This document shows, one piece after another, positions 1 to 12,411 of a DNA stretch of 64,000 nucleotides. Every line of letters begins with the position of its first letter. Position 1 is the stretch's first letter. The position numbers and the translations under genes are program-made. A model generated the notes under the pieces. That model did not search any database and was not told where the DNA came from. It worked only from the letters and a program-made list of their open reading frames with translations. The stretch is taken from positions 1-64,000 of the forward strand of contig CDMY01000330.1 of NCBI GenBank assembly GCA_001179505.1, given 5' to 3'. The stretch is from Vitrella brassicaformis CCMP3155. Lineage: Eukaryota > Protista > Chromerida.

Positions 1-3000
1 GCCTTCGAGGGCTCAGTCGACACCAACTTCATCGTCAAATGCCCTCCGGGATGCGCCGCCAGCGACACAGGTGGATATATTGGATGCTGGCACGAGCAAA
101 ACACACTTGGCGTGCTGTGCTGTGGTGTCACGGCATGGTGGTGTGGTGTGTGTGCAGATGTGGCTGTGTATGGCGGTTCTGGCGGTCTCTACAGCGATGA
201 CTCGTCAGTGTGTCTGGCGGCCATCCACAGCGGCCGCCTCACGCCAGCCAAGGGCGGCATCGTCAACGTCGCCATCGAGACGGGCCGCAACGCCTACGAG
301 GGCAGCACGGCAAATGGCATCACCAGCCAGACCAAGGATCAGCCCACCGACCGCTCCATACTCATCACCCCACTGCCGACCGACTGCCCGGTGGAGTCTC
401 TCACCCACACAGCCACCACCAGCAGCACCACCAGCAGCTTCATTGAGGTGGGTGGCTGACAGTGACCACCCAGACAGACATCCGTATGTCCCACTCTCCC
501 ACTCTGCCCATGTGTGTGAGTGTTGTGTGATTGCAGGTGAGCAGCGGTGCGTCGGCGGGGGTCGATCCTTCGTCCTCCATGGCGGCCATGGCTGGGAGTG
601 AGGACGAGGCGGGACTCATGAGCCTGTCAGCCGTCACCAAGCGGACACTGCGGCTGATCAACCAGCAGTGCGCCAAGTTCGACCAGCACGTCGTGCAGGA
701 GGAGGCCAACGAGGCTCGACAAATCCTCGGTAGGTGACAGTGAATGCATGTGTGTGTTGGTGGATGAGATGGCGTCCGTATGTATCTCTGTGTGTGTGCA
801 GGTGAGTGTCGGAGTGTGTTGAAGAGGTCCGTGTCGCTGTACCGCGCCCAGGAGGCCCGCAGCGAGGACCTCTACGAGCACGTCGCTGACACCATCGACG
901 CCTTGACGGCCGTCAGTGAGCGGACGGGCAGTGCACTCGCCACTCTCAGCGCCAAGCTGCAACAGGCCACCGACATGCAGAAGGCCGCACACGCATTCAA
1001 GGCACGTCACCTACCACACACACATACACAAAGGGAGAGGCAGAGAGAGGAGAGAGGCGTATACTCCCATGTCATTGGTCGATGTGTGTGTGTGTATTCT
1101 GATGATTTGTGCAGGATTGGCGGCTGGATTACGACGCCATATCTTCCTTCGGCGAGGTCTTTGCTGTGACGGACACCGACAAGGCCACGCACGCCCCCAG
1201 CAGCTGGTCCATCACATCCACCAGCGACAAGCCAGTCGGCGGCAGGGACCGCGTCATCGCACAGACGAGCGCCATCCGCTCCTTTGGCGGCCTCCCTGGC
1301 CAGGGATCACTGGCGGTCCTCAAGTCGCACCGGTCCTATGACTTCCGCCTCACCGTCGAGGCGTATGTCGAGTCGGGCCCCGGCACTTACGGCATCGCCT
1401 TCCGCGTGCGCGACCCTGCCAACATGTACCTGCTGGACATGACGATGGCCAAGAGCAAACGGCTGATCAAGATCCACGACGGACAGCCAAGCGTCATCAA
1501 AGAGATCCATGACGGCGGGTCAGCCACCCATCCCCACACACACTGACGTTGACATCAACCAAACCATCTCTCTCTCTCTCTCTGTCTCTCTCTTTGTCTG
1601 TCTGTCTGTCTGTCTGTCTGTGTGTGTGTAGGTATCTGCCAGGCACCTGGTACACGTATGAGATTACGGCCAGGCAGGGACACATCACTGTCGCTGCGGG
1701 TACATACGTCACCCACCCACACACACATATAACCACTCGCACCCACTCGTGGATCTCTCTCTGTCTGTCTCTGCCTGTGTGTGTGTGGATGGAACATGGC
1801 ACAGGTGCGAGCGGATCTGGGCGGCTTGTGGTGGTCATGTCGGCTCACGACAGCGAGATAGCGAGCGGCAGTGTGGGCCTCTTCACCAGCGGCATGCACC
1901 ACGGCGTCTTCTTCGACAAAGTGACTGTCGCCGCCTGTCCGTGCACGAAGCTGTCCAAGCTGCCCCCGCCACCAAAGCCACCAAAGTGCAGCCTCTTCCG
2001 GTCACTCAGCAACAAAGACACCCAACCAGCCACACCACGACAGACGGAGCCATCCACTCACTCAGTCATCTGTGGTGTGTCGTGTCTGTCACGTTCATGT
2101 GTGTGTGTGTGCAGTGAGGACTACTACGGCCGGTTCGAGTTGGTCTATCACCTTCACGAGCCCGTCGACAGCCAGGACGGCCCGTCGGAGTGGCGCTACC
2201 GTGACCACATCCACGGCCGCACCAAGACGCTCGCACAGCTGTCGGCCGTCAGTGGCAAGGAAGGCATCGGCACCCACGTGTTGCTCAAAGGCCACCGCAC
2301 CTGCAGGGACGGCCGCCTGTCCGTCGACTTGCTGCCCGAGTGCGATGGTGACAATGCCAATGCCAATGCGGCGGTGGGTGTGGTCTTCCGCCACATTGAC
2401 AACAACAACTTCCACCTGGCGCAGGTGTCGCCCTCGGCCCTCAAGCTGCGACGCGTGACGGCCGGCCAAGCAGCGGATGTGGCCACCAATCCCAACGGCG
2501 GCTGGGCAGCCGGCAAGTGGCACACACTCGACGTCACCTTCAACGGACCCATTGTCAACGGTACACACACACACACACACACGGATGGACACACCCATGA
2601 TGTGTGTGGATGTGTGTGTGATGCAGTTCGTCTGTCTCGCGTGGACGAGGGGCCGTCGTCAGTCTGCGAGCTGAGTGTGAGCGATCCGTTCGCACACACC
2701 GACGGGGCTGTCGGTCTGTCGTCCAATGGCTGCGGGGGCGTGGCCTTCGACACCTTCAAGCTCATGCCCTCCGACCTCACACGCGACAACACCGCCCCCC
2801 CACCCACACACAACACATCCACCACCACAGCAACCACAGCCACCAGCGGCAGGAGTGCCGGCCATTCCGTGTGCGCGTCGGCAGTGCACTTCCGCCAGAG
2901 GCAGCAGCGGTGCGCTCAGCTGGTGGGTCCCGACGGCGGTGAGGGCAGCGGTGGCCAGTGCCGCAGCGCTGGCACGGACTTCTGCACGTCATGCTGCAAA

Positions 3001-3550
3001 TACCACACCGCACTGTCAGTCAGCACACAGACACAGACAGAGAGACAAGGGAAACGAACTGACACATCCTTGTCTCCCCTTCCCTCTGTGTGTGTGATTT
3101 ACGTGTGTGTCAGCTTGCCTTCGTCGGTGGGGTCTTCTTGCGAGAGTGCGTGTCGCGCCAACGATGATCTGGCGGCCGCCACAGAGACCGCCCTCGCCGA
3201 ATACGCATCGGCGTGCGCCACCGACTCGGCTCTGTTTGCCCACTGCATTTCCAAAGACGACAGCGAGGTCGATGTGGCGTCGTGCGTGAGGGAGGCTTGT
3301 GAGCTGTGCTGCCAGACGAGTGCACACCACCCACTGGCCATGGGAGAGGAGCGGCAGTGGGAGACCGACACCTGCAAACAGCAGTGCAACGGAGAAGGTG
3401 GCAACACACCGCTGCTCACAAGTAGGCTGACTTGGCTGGCACAGAGAGATGAACAGACAGAGAGTGACAAAGCTGAGGGAGGGGGGTTGATGTGATGTTG
3501 TGTGTGTGTGTGTGTGTGTGTGTGCAGTGATGTCTGCTGTGGCGGCATGA
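1..3550 (+). CDS. LCCL/lectin adhesive-like protein (CCp1/CCp2, LAP family), 3' part; copy A
   Basis: Spliced exons give an LCCL domain (FIVKCPPGC...YSDDSSVCLAAIHSG...GRNAYEGSTANGITS), a coiled coil, two levanase/lectin-like modules (DWRLDYD...APSSW...QTSAI; EDYYGRFE...GPSEW...QLSAV) and a Cys-rich tail. The stop is predicted at 3548-3550 and the 5' end lies outside the window. Confidence 0.85.
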
Positions 3551-3843
3551 TATGGTCGTGGTGCGGCCGACTGACTGACCAAGACGACATAATCCACTGA
3601 CCAAGACGATGCATGAGTGTCTCTGACTGATGTGCACACACCGACACAGACAGACGTCACATAAAGAGACAATTAGGTGCATGACTTGAAATGCTTGATG
3701 AATATATGAATTGAATCCCAACCATGCGTATGCATGTCGCCATCCCTCCCCTCCCTCTAAATGTCACTTGCTCCCCGCCCAATACGTTCACGATACGTTC
3801 GATGGCATCACAGCCGACAACCCCCAAGGCTGCCCCACAACAG

Positions 3844-3894
<51 letters not shown>

Positions 3895-4530
3895 CGCCCT
3901 CCATGTGTGTGTGTTTGTGCAGTTGGTGATCGCCGGCCGATAATATGGATATCTTTCTTTTTGGCGAGTTGTGTAACTCGGGAGCTACATGCACCGAAGC
4001 TCTGTGTGGTGAACAACGGACAAGTCGCTGGCTGGCTGGGGTCCCAGATAATGAGGGAGACATTCGCTGGTCGATAAACCGCCTTGCTCATGGACGACGA
4101 TCGACCGGCCGTGAACGCTAATACATGAGGTCGAATTTCCACCATGAGCGAACACTTCTTCAGAGTGAAATAAAAGCGTGTTCGGTCGTGTCTCGTCCGT
4201 CTGTGTCGATCTATCATGTGATGCTATGGTGGTTCATGCAATGCATCGGCCACACGGCATGCATCAGAAAACAACCATTGTCTGATGGACGAACGCAATC
4301 AATGCATTATATATGTAAGTGTCGCTGTACACCCGGTGTGACGTGTGGACACTGACCCACCCCCACTCGCGCACACACCCACTGGATGCATGCAGGCGCA
4401 CACATGGCATGGCTGCTCTTCTTCCTTGCGGCTGCGCGTCTCCCATCTATCTCTCTCGCCGCCGCGCGTGCACACCACACACACACCTCTTGGCCGGCCG
4501 ACCAGGTGTCAGCCAGAGCTGTTCTCAGCT

Positions 4531-4598
4531 CTGACTGCATGGCTGGCTTCGCTTGCCTGGGCTGCTGACTGCATGGCTGGCTTCGCTTGCCTGGGCTG
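4531..4598. repeat. 34-bp direct tandem duplication
   Basis: ctgactgcatggctggcttcgcttgcctgggctg occurs at 4531-4564 and 4565-4598. Confidence 0.9.
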
Positions 4599-4889
4599 TC
4601 TGTCTGTCTGACTGTACACTGCACGCGCCACTGCACGGAAAAAACGCATGTCAATAGATCATCCATCCATCCAAATCCACTGCATGCTGCATGCCCTACT
4701 CTTCCCCTCTCTCGTTAACTTGGCGCCTGCCTGTCTGCATCAGTCAGTCCGAGACAGATGACACAACAGATGAACCGAACCACTAGTTACCCAGGTAGAT
4801 AGAACCCCCCTACCTGTGTCTGTCTACACGCATATATATGCCTAGTCGTGGGCTCGCTCTACACAGACAACAAGACACAGACGACACGC

Positions 4890-5524
4890 AATAGATATCT
4901 ATGAAATGGGTGGCAATCAGTGGATGAAATGAATGTGGCATGGCGTCGTGTGACTGTGTGGATGGATGGATAGATAGACATAGACAACAGACAGCAAAAC
5001 CAGGATTGATTGGCTGCCGTGAGCGAGCGAGTGAATGGCGACCACCTGACCAGGAGAACGCAGCAGAGTGCGCAGAACCTGGCGACAGACTGACAGACTG
5101 ATAAAAGAAACCATCAGTGTGTGTGGGTGTGTGGTGTGGTGACTATGCAGAGGAAAGAAAGAGGCACAGGACGGACGCACCCCACAGACAGACAGACAGA
5201 CAGACGGCGAAAGGGAAAGAGCCACGGAAGAAAGAATGACGCAAAAATAGAGCGAGCAGCTGCAATGCGTCGGTGTGGGGGCACTCAAGCACTCGCCTGG
5301 GCGTGTCCCCTCTGTACACGGCACGGACACCAGACCGTACGTCATGGCCGGCCACACACCACCCACTCACTCGACCCCACTCACTCAACACCCATGGCAT
5401 GCACTAGTGCCACACACACACATCCAGTAAGGCTTGCGATAAGATAGAGGACAGATCATCAGAGTCCACACACACTCGCCCCGAGGCCTCAAGGCCTCTC
5501 AAATCTCCGCCCCCTCCCTCTGCC
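4890..5524. repeat. 635-bp direct repeat, copy 1 (probable assembly overlap)
   Basis: Appears identical to 7210-7844; this copy ends at an N gap. Confidence 0.9.
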
Positions 5525-5824
5525 NNNNNNNNNNNNNNNNNNNNNNNNNNNNNNNNNNNNNNNNNNNNNNNNNNNNNNNNNNNNNNNNNNNNNNNNNNNN
5601 NNNNNNNNNNNNNNNNNNNNNNNNNNNNNNNNNNNNNNNNNNNNNNNNNNNNNNNNNNNNNNNNNNNNNNNNNNNNNNNNNNNNNNNNNNNNNNNNNNNN
5701 NNNNNNNNNNNNNNNNNNNNNNNNNNNNNNNNNNNNNNNNNNNNNNNNNNNNNNNNNNNNNNNNNNNNNNNNNNNNNNNNNNNNNNNNNNNNNNNNNNNN
5801 NNNNNNNNNNNNNNNNNNNNNNNN
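5525..5824. other. assembly gap (300 N); others at 6910-7209, 9365-9664, 16896-17195, 27693-27992
   Basis: Runs of N of uniform length. Confidence 0.99.
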
Positions 5825-6909
5825 CACCGACCCCTCCTCCTCCACGTCGCCCCCGTCCTCGCCCGACGCACCGGCGGCTGCTCCATCTGAGACCAGCGCC
5901 ACCACCGGCCCAGAGCCCGCCTCTCCCATCACAGCCGCCCCCTCTCACTCCCACGTTGACGCCGACCGGCCCACCAGCAGCACCCACAGCGATGAACCCA
6001 TCGACCTGGTGCGGTCGGTGCAGCTGGTCAAGTGCTTTTCTGGAGAGGAGGGTGGCAGGGGGGAGTGTGAGGTCTGGGAGGGCCGTCTGCCCAACGCTGA
6101 GGCCGTGGTTCGAAAGAGCCTGGCTCGGTCGTTGGGCAACGACGACGGCACCTCTCAAGGGCTCACATTGCTGACCAGGAGACAGGCTGAGCGGCTGGCC
6201 GAGAGCCTGCAGCTGGAGGGCGAGACGATGCGGGAGATGCAGGAGTGGGCGGAGGAGAGGAGAAGGATGGTAGGATATTACACACACAGTAAACTGTCAC
6301 CTGTACACATGCGGTCGTCTCTCCGCAGACAGCGCACCAGGAGGTGAACGAGACGGAGGAGAAGGAGGAGGCAGCGTCCATCAATGTTTGTGTCAACATC
6401 GACATTTGCTCAGAAATTACTGCCTACATTTTATATTTGAGGACAATCCTTCTAACCACTTCGGAGGAGAGGGCAGCGATGGAGGACCGCCAGCATCAAC
6501 TCACTCGGCTGCCCCACCGCCACACCGGCAGCCCGCAGATCGCCCCCAGCCTGCTAGCTAGCCTGGCGGACGTGCCAGAGCTGCGCCCGATGGTCGTCAA
6601 GGAGGGCAGCAAGGAGGGCGAGGAGTTTGAGAAAGGCCCGTGCCTTCTTATGGCTAGAGTTGGCGCAGGTGAGTGGAAAAGAGAAGGGTATGAACCATAC
6701 GAGACCTTCTTGCACTAATGTGGTGCGTTTGCTCTTTGTGTGGGTGCAGAAGGAGTCGGCGGCGAGAAGCTGAAGTCGGTGTGCACGTCTTCCAGTGGGG
6801 TCGGGGCTGATGTCAAGGCACTGATGGGTGTCAATATGCTCACCCGGGTCACGGCCATCCACCGCCTTGGCATCGCCCACAACGACTGCCACTGAGAGAA
6901 CGTCCTGGT
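5825..6909 (+). pseudogene. protein kinase fragment with in-frame stop in the catalytic loop
   Basis: Gly-rich loop GEEGGRGECEVW, AVVRK lysine motif, CLLMARV hinge-like segment, then AIHRLGIAHNDCH*ENVL with TGA at 6893-6895. Both ends are bounded by gaps. Confidence 0.6.
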
Positions 6910-7209
6910 NNNNNNNNNNNNNNNNNNNNNNNNNNNNNNNNNNNNNNNNNNNNNNNNNNNNNNNNNNNNNNNNNNNNNNNNNNNNNNNNNNNNNNNNNNN
7001 NNNNNNNNNNNNNNNNNNNNNNNNNNNNNNNNNNNNNNNNNNNNNNNNNNNNNNNNNNNNNNNNNNNNNNNNNNNNNNNNNNNNNNNNNNNNNNNNNNNN
7101 NNNNNNNNNNNNNNNNNNNNNNNNNNNNNNNNNNNNNNNNNNNNNNNNNNNNNNNNNNNNNNNNNNNNNNNNNNNNNNNNNNNNNNNNNNNNNNNNNNNN
7201 NNNNNNNNN

Positions 7210-7844
7210 AATAGATATCTATGAAATGGGTGGCAATCAGTGGATGAAATGAATGTGGCATGGCGTCGTGTGACTGTGTGGATGGATGGATAGATAGACA
7301 TAGACAACAGACAGCAAAACCAGGATTGATTGGCTGCCGTGAGCGAGCGAGTGAATGGCGACCACCTGACCAGGAGAACGCAGCAGAGTGCGCAGAACCT
7401 GGCGACAGACTGACAGACTGATAAAAGAAACCATCAGTGTGTGTGGGTGTGTGGTGTGGTGACTATGCAGAGGAAAGAAAGAGGCACAGGACGGACGCAC
7501 CCCACAGACAGACAGACAGACAGACGGCGAAAGGGAAAGAGCCACGGAAGAAAGAATGACGCAAAAATAGAGCGAGCAGCTGCAATGCGTCGGTGTGGGG
7601 GCACTCAAGCACTCGCCTGGGCGTGTCCCCTCTGTACACGGCACGGACACCAGACCGTACGTCATGGCCGGCCACACACCACCCACTCACTCGACCCCAC
7701 TCACTCAACACCCATGGCATGCACTAGTGCCACACACACACATCCAGTAAGGCTTGCGATAAGATAGAGGACAGATCATCAGAGTCCACACACACTCGCC
7801 CCGAGGCCTCAAGGCCTCTCAAATCTCCGCCCCCTCCCTCTGCC
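7210..7844. repeat. 635-bp direct repeat, copy 2
   Basis: Appears identical to 4890-5524; begins at an N gap. Confidence 0.9.
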
Positions 7845-7941
7845 TACGATCGATATCTATCTATTACCCATCCCAACACTCCTTGTCAGCCATCAGTCAG
7901 TCAAAGCACAACGAAATGACTCCCTCCCCCACCCACTGTGT

Positions 7942-10900
7942 TTATGCCTTCTTGGGCGCAGGAGTGGGCTCCTTCTTCGGTGCTGGTGGAAGGTCCTTCT
8001 TCTCGGGGGCGGGGGCGGGTGCCTTCTTGGGCTCTGGCTCGGGAGCCTTCTTAGGCGCAGGAGTGGGCTCCTTCTTTGGTGGCGGGGCGTAGTCCTTCTT
8101 GGTAGGGGGCGGGGCAGGCTTTGACACATACGTTGTCACGGGGTGAGTCGTCTCAGTGCCTGCATGACACCACACGCCACACAGGAGACATGTGTATGGA
8201 GTCTATGTCTAAATTGGTCTCTGTGTTGATTGCCGACTCACCCTTGCAGACGCCGTCGGCGAGTGTGTATCCCTTCGGGCAGTAGGGCGATGCGGGCACT
8301 GAGTGTGTCTTGGTGCACTGGGCGTGGCCGCGCATCTTCTTCTTGCCGTGGCTTTCACTCATCGAGTAACCCTGAGAGACACAGCCGCACACGGAAACAT
8401 GAGACACCGGGATGGTCTGTGGCTTGGTGCGGTGTTTTGTCGCGTGTTGATGCATCGACTGACCTTGGGGCAGACCATCGAGTACGGGGCGTGGTCTGAC
8501 TTGATGCACTTGCCATGGGTCATGCTGTAGCCGTGGGGGCAGGTGTGCTGCTTCGGCGCCTGAAAAAAGAACCACAAACACACCAACCAACACAGCCATA
8601 CGTCGATGGATGGATGGATGGATCGTGAATTCCCACCCACCGAGTGTGTATGCTTGCACGGAGGCGCTGAGCCATCTGGGCATTTCTCGACAGCAGGGGC
8701 GGAGTGCGACGACACGCACTGGGCAGGGTGCTTCTTGCCACCATGCGACATTTTGTAGCCCTCCGGGCACACAGGCTGCAACACACAACCAGACAGAAAG
8801 ATGCAAGCAACACAAGCAGGGAGGGAGGAGTCAAACAGGAATGTGTGTGGTCGGGTGACTGACCTTTGCGGGGTGTGTGTCGGTCTTGGAGCATTTGCCC
8901 TTGCCGTCGTGGCCGCCCGAGTAGCCCGGCGGGCAGTGGTACATCTTGGGAGCCGTCGACGAGTGGTAGCTGACACACACACACAACACACGTGACCGTC
9001 TCTTTCGCCTGCCTGCCTGCCTTTCTCTGGCTGTGTGGTCATCCTCCCTCAGCCCTCATCATTCATACCACTTGCCGTCGTGTGCAGGCTTGCCGCCGTG
9101 GCCGTGTTTGCCATTGCAGGTGTAGAGGGGGGCGTGGGTCATGGACTTGGAGCAGATTTTGCCGTGCTTGCCGTGCATTTCGTACTTGTCGGGGCACACG
9201 TACTTAACCGGCGCCATCACGAACTTGCTGCACTCGTGGCCAAGCTTGCCGCTCTCGTAACCCGGCGGGCACTTCTTCAGCTGAGAAGGAGGAGAGCAGG
9301 AGACAGACACACACACACACACACACGTCGACATGGCCAGGTGGTGTCCCCCCCCCCCCCCCCCNNNNNNNNNNNNNNNNNNNNNNNNNNNNNNNNNNNN
9401 NNNNNNNNNNNNNNNNNNNNNNNNNNNNNNNNNNNNNNNNNNNNNNNNNNNNNNNNNNNNNNNNNNNNNNNNNNNNNNNNNNNNNNNNNNNNNNNNNNNN
9501 NNNNNNNNNNNNNNNNNNNNNNNNNNNNNNNNNNNNNNNNNNNNNNNNNNNNNNNNNNNNNNNNNNNNNNNNNNNNNNNNNNNNNNNNNNNNNNNNNNNN
9601 NNNNNNNNNNNNNNNNNNNNNNNNNNNNNNNNNNNNNNNNNNNNNNNNNNNNNNNNNNNNNNNNCCCCCCCCCCCCCCCCTCTGTTTTCGATTCGGTGCG
9701 TGTGTACCAACCATTTTGGTGCTCTTGGTGTAGAGGCACTCCTTGCCGACCATCTCCGAGTGCGGAGGGCACTTGTACTTCTGGGGGAAAGTCTCGTGCT
9801 TCACGCAGACGGGGCCGCTGTGGTGGTGCTTCTTGCCGCTGCCGTGGACGAGCTCGTAGTGGGGCGGGCACTTGGTCTTCTTGTGCGCGGGGGTCTTCTT
9901 GACGCAGTGGTCAGATGCCTTGTCGTGGCCAGACTTATAGTAGAACGACACACACCACACATGCTGTGCTGCTGTGCATCCGTCGTGTGTGCAAGTCCCG
10001 TTCCCACCCACCTTGGAGTAGCCCGGTGGGCACACCATCTGGCCGGGCTTGTACTCGCACTGGGAGGTCGTCTTGTGGTCAGCAGGAGCGGGGGCGCCCT
10101 TCTTGCCGGATGAGTCGTGTCCATGGCCGCCGCTGTGGCCGTGCCCGCCGCTGTGGCCGTGGTCGTAGCCGCCCTTGCTGTGGCCGCAGAGCTCACACAG
10201 CTTCTCGCCGCGTGGGCCCGCGTGGCCGCTGGGAGTGTAGCCCTTGGGGCAGACGAACTTCTTGGCGGCCGTCTCGGTGTGGTAGCAACCACCGTCCTTG
10301 CCCGGCGAGGCTGAGACACAACACGCAACAGACACCCACAACACACGTGTATGTGTGTCTCGTGTGCATCTGTCTGGGTGTGCGTGGGAGCTCACTCTTG
10401 TCCGGACAATAGTGCTCCGGCGCCTTGGTGTCAGTCTTGTGGCAGCCGCCCTTCTTGCCGTGAGTGGTGCCGGGGGGGCAGTAGGGCGTCGCGGGTGTCT
10501 TGTGCTGCTTGATGCACATGTTGCCGGACGGCGTGTACCCCTTCGGGCAGTACCTGCACACGAACCACAGCACACACACACACACACACACACATTCAGG
10601 TGGATCCGTCAATCCAGGTGTCGGTGGCTTACGTCTCGGGCTTGACTTTCTCGATTTTGCCGCAGACGTCCTCGGCGTGCTTCTTCTTGCCAGTCTGCGA
10701 GAGGTGGTAGTGCTCTGGACAGATCGGCTTGGCCTCTGTCGTGTGGTGAGAGATGCACTTGTCGCCGTGGGGGCTGGTGCCCTGAAGCGAAGCAACAGGA
10801 GACAGCACACAGGAGAGGGAGAGGCTGATGTGTGTGTTGTAGGTGCTGCGCGTTGGTGCATGCGCTTAGCTTACGGGTGGGCAGCTCTTGTGGGCGGGGT

Positions 10901-12411
10901 AGCTGTCGGTCTTCTTGCACTCCTTGCCACTGTCAGTGTAGCCCTGAGAGAGAGGACAGAAGAGCAGCAACAAAAGGATGACCCAACGCATCGGTGGTGC
11001 TGCTGTCTGGTGGTGAGGGTGCACGTTCTTCACGTGTGCGTACCTTAGGGCACTTGGGAGTGGGTGGCACCTCGTGGGATTTCACGCAGCCAGCGCCTCC
11101 CTTGTGGCCGCCCCCATGCGAGGACATATGGTAATCCTGCACACATAAGACAGTGGTCATGGTATGCTGTTCACGCACAGCAGCCTGTCCGATTGCTCAC
11201 CGGAGGGCAGACCATCTTGATGGGCTGCACCGCACCGCACACATGACGCACAGGGACATCAATGAGGCCAACAACGATTGGACACGGTGGGTATCAGCCT
11301 CGGTGAGTGCGAACCTTATGGTCGGTCTTGACGCACTCGCCCTTCCCGCCGTGCTTGCCGCCCATGTCAGAGTAGCCCTGATCAATCAATCAACAAACAG
11401 ACCACAGCCAGCATGTGTGGACCGTCGAGGCAGGCCATCAGCTGTTGGCGTGGCTGTGTTGAGCTGCGTGTAGACGAGAAGAGGCTTCCTCACCTTCGGG
11501 CAGTGCTTGATCTGCGAACAGGGAGGACAGCATCCAAGATGTGCGTGTGTGTATGTGTGGGTGGGGCTGTGGCTGATGTAATTCGCTTAGCTCAGCTTAC
11601 TGGAGCGACGTGTGTTTCCTTGATGCATTGCTTGCCGCTGTCGGTATAGCCCTTGGGGCACACGCCCTTGGGCGGCACCTCGTGCGACTTGACGCAACCC
11701 TTGTGCGCGTCTTGGTACCCCTGATGAAGATGAAGGAACGGACCCAACACATGTCTGTCCGGTGCTGTGTGCCGTTGTGCCATTCTTCATTCGACGTACA
11801 TCTGGGCAGGTCTGCTTGACGGGTTTGGTGTCGATAGAAATGCAATCGTGGCCGCCCTTCTTGCCGTGACCACCCTGAATGGAATGGAGAAAGGGACACA
11901 AGGCCATCTCGGATGTGCAGCAGTGAGCTGAGCGTGTGTGGCTGCCTGGCTGTCCTGCTTACCGAAGACGACGTTCCCTTCGGACACTTGTACTGAATGA
12001 ATGAATGACCACACACAACACAGACACAGAAAGGCACAAGTGAGAGGAACCCATGTGTGGCCCTCCCCCTCCCCCTCCCCCTCCCTGCCCTTCACTGCAT
12101 TGATCTCACCGATGGGTGAGTGGTGGTGTGCTTGGTACACACGCCATTATGAGGACCATCGTAGCCTGCACACCCACCCAGCACACACACGTGTGAGGGC
12201 GTCAGTGACCTCTCAATCTCCCTCTCCTTCCAGTTCCCTCACCCTTGGGGCACGACTCGACGGGCGTCATCTCTTTGCCTTTGGAGTGATGGCCACCGCC
12301 ATGGCCGCCGTGACCGCCGTGACCGCCGCCCTTCTTGCTGTCGTAGTCGTCATGAGGCGCGGCCGAGACCACCACCAGAGAAAGAACCGCCAGAGCGATG
12401 ATGCGCTGCAT
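7942..12411 (-). CDS. secreted Cys-repeat oocyst/cyst wall protein-like (COWP/OWP type), His/Gly/Lys-rich, with Pro/Lys-rich tail
   Basis: Signal peptide MQRIIALAVLSLVVVSA; many CP-x-GY-x(n)-C-x-K-x4-P-x3-CP repeats over many short exons; C-terminal PTPAPKK repeats; TAA at 7942-7944. One gap lies inside the gene. Confidence 0.8.

Noticed and set aside
1549-3495. Long ORFs containing VCVCVC, HTHTHT or LSLSLS runs, here and across the window
   Set aside because: These are read-through of microsatellite introns, not real peptide repeats.
4531-4598. Short direct repeats as a possible CRISPR-like array (also 37154-37199)
   Set aside because: Only two adjacent copies with no spacers.
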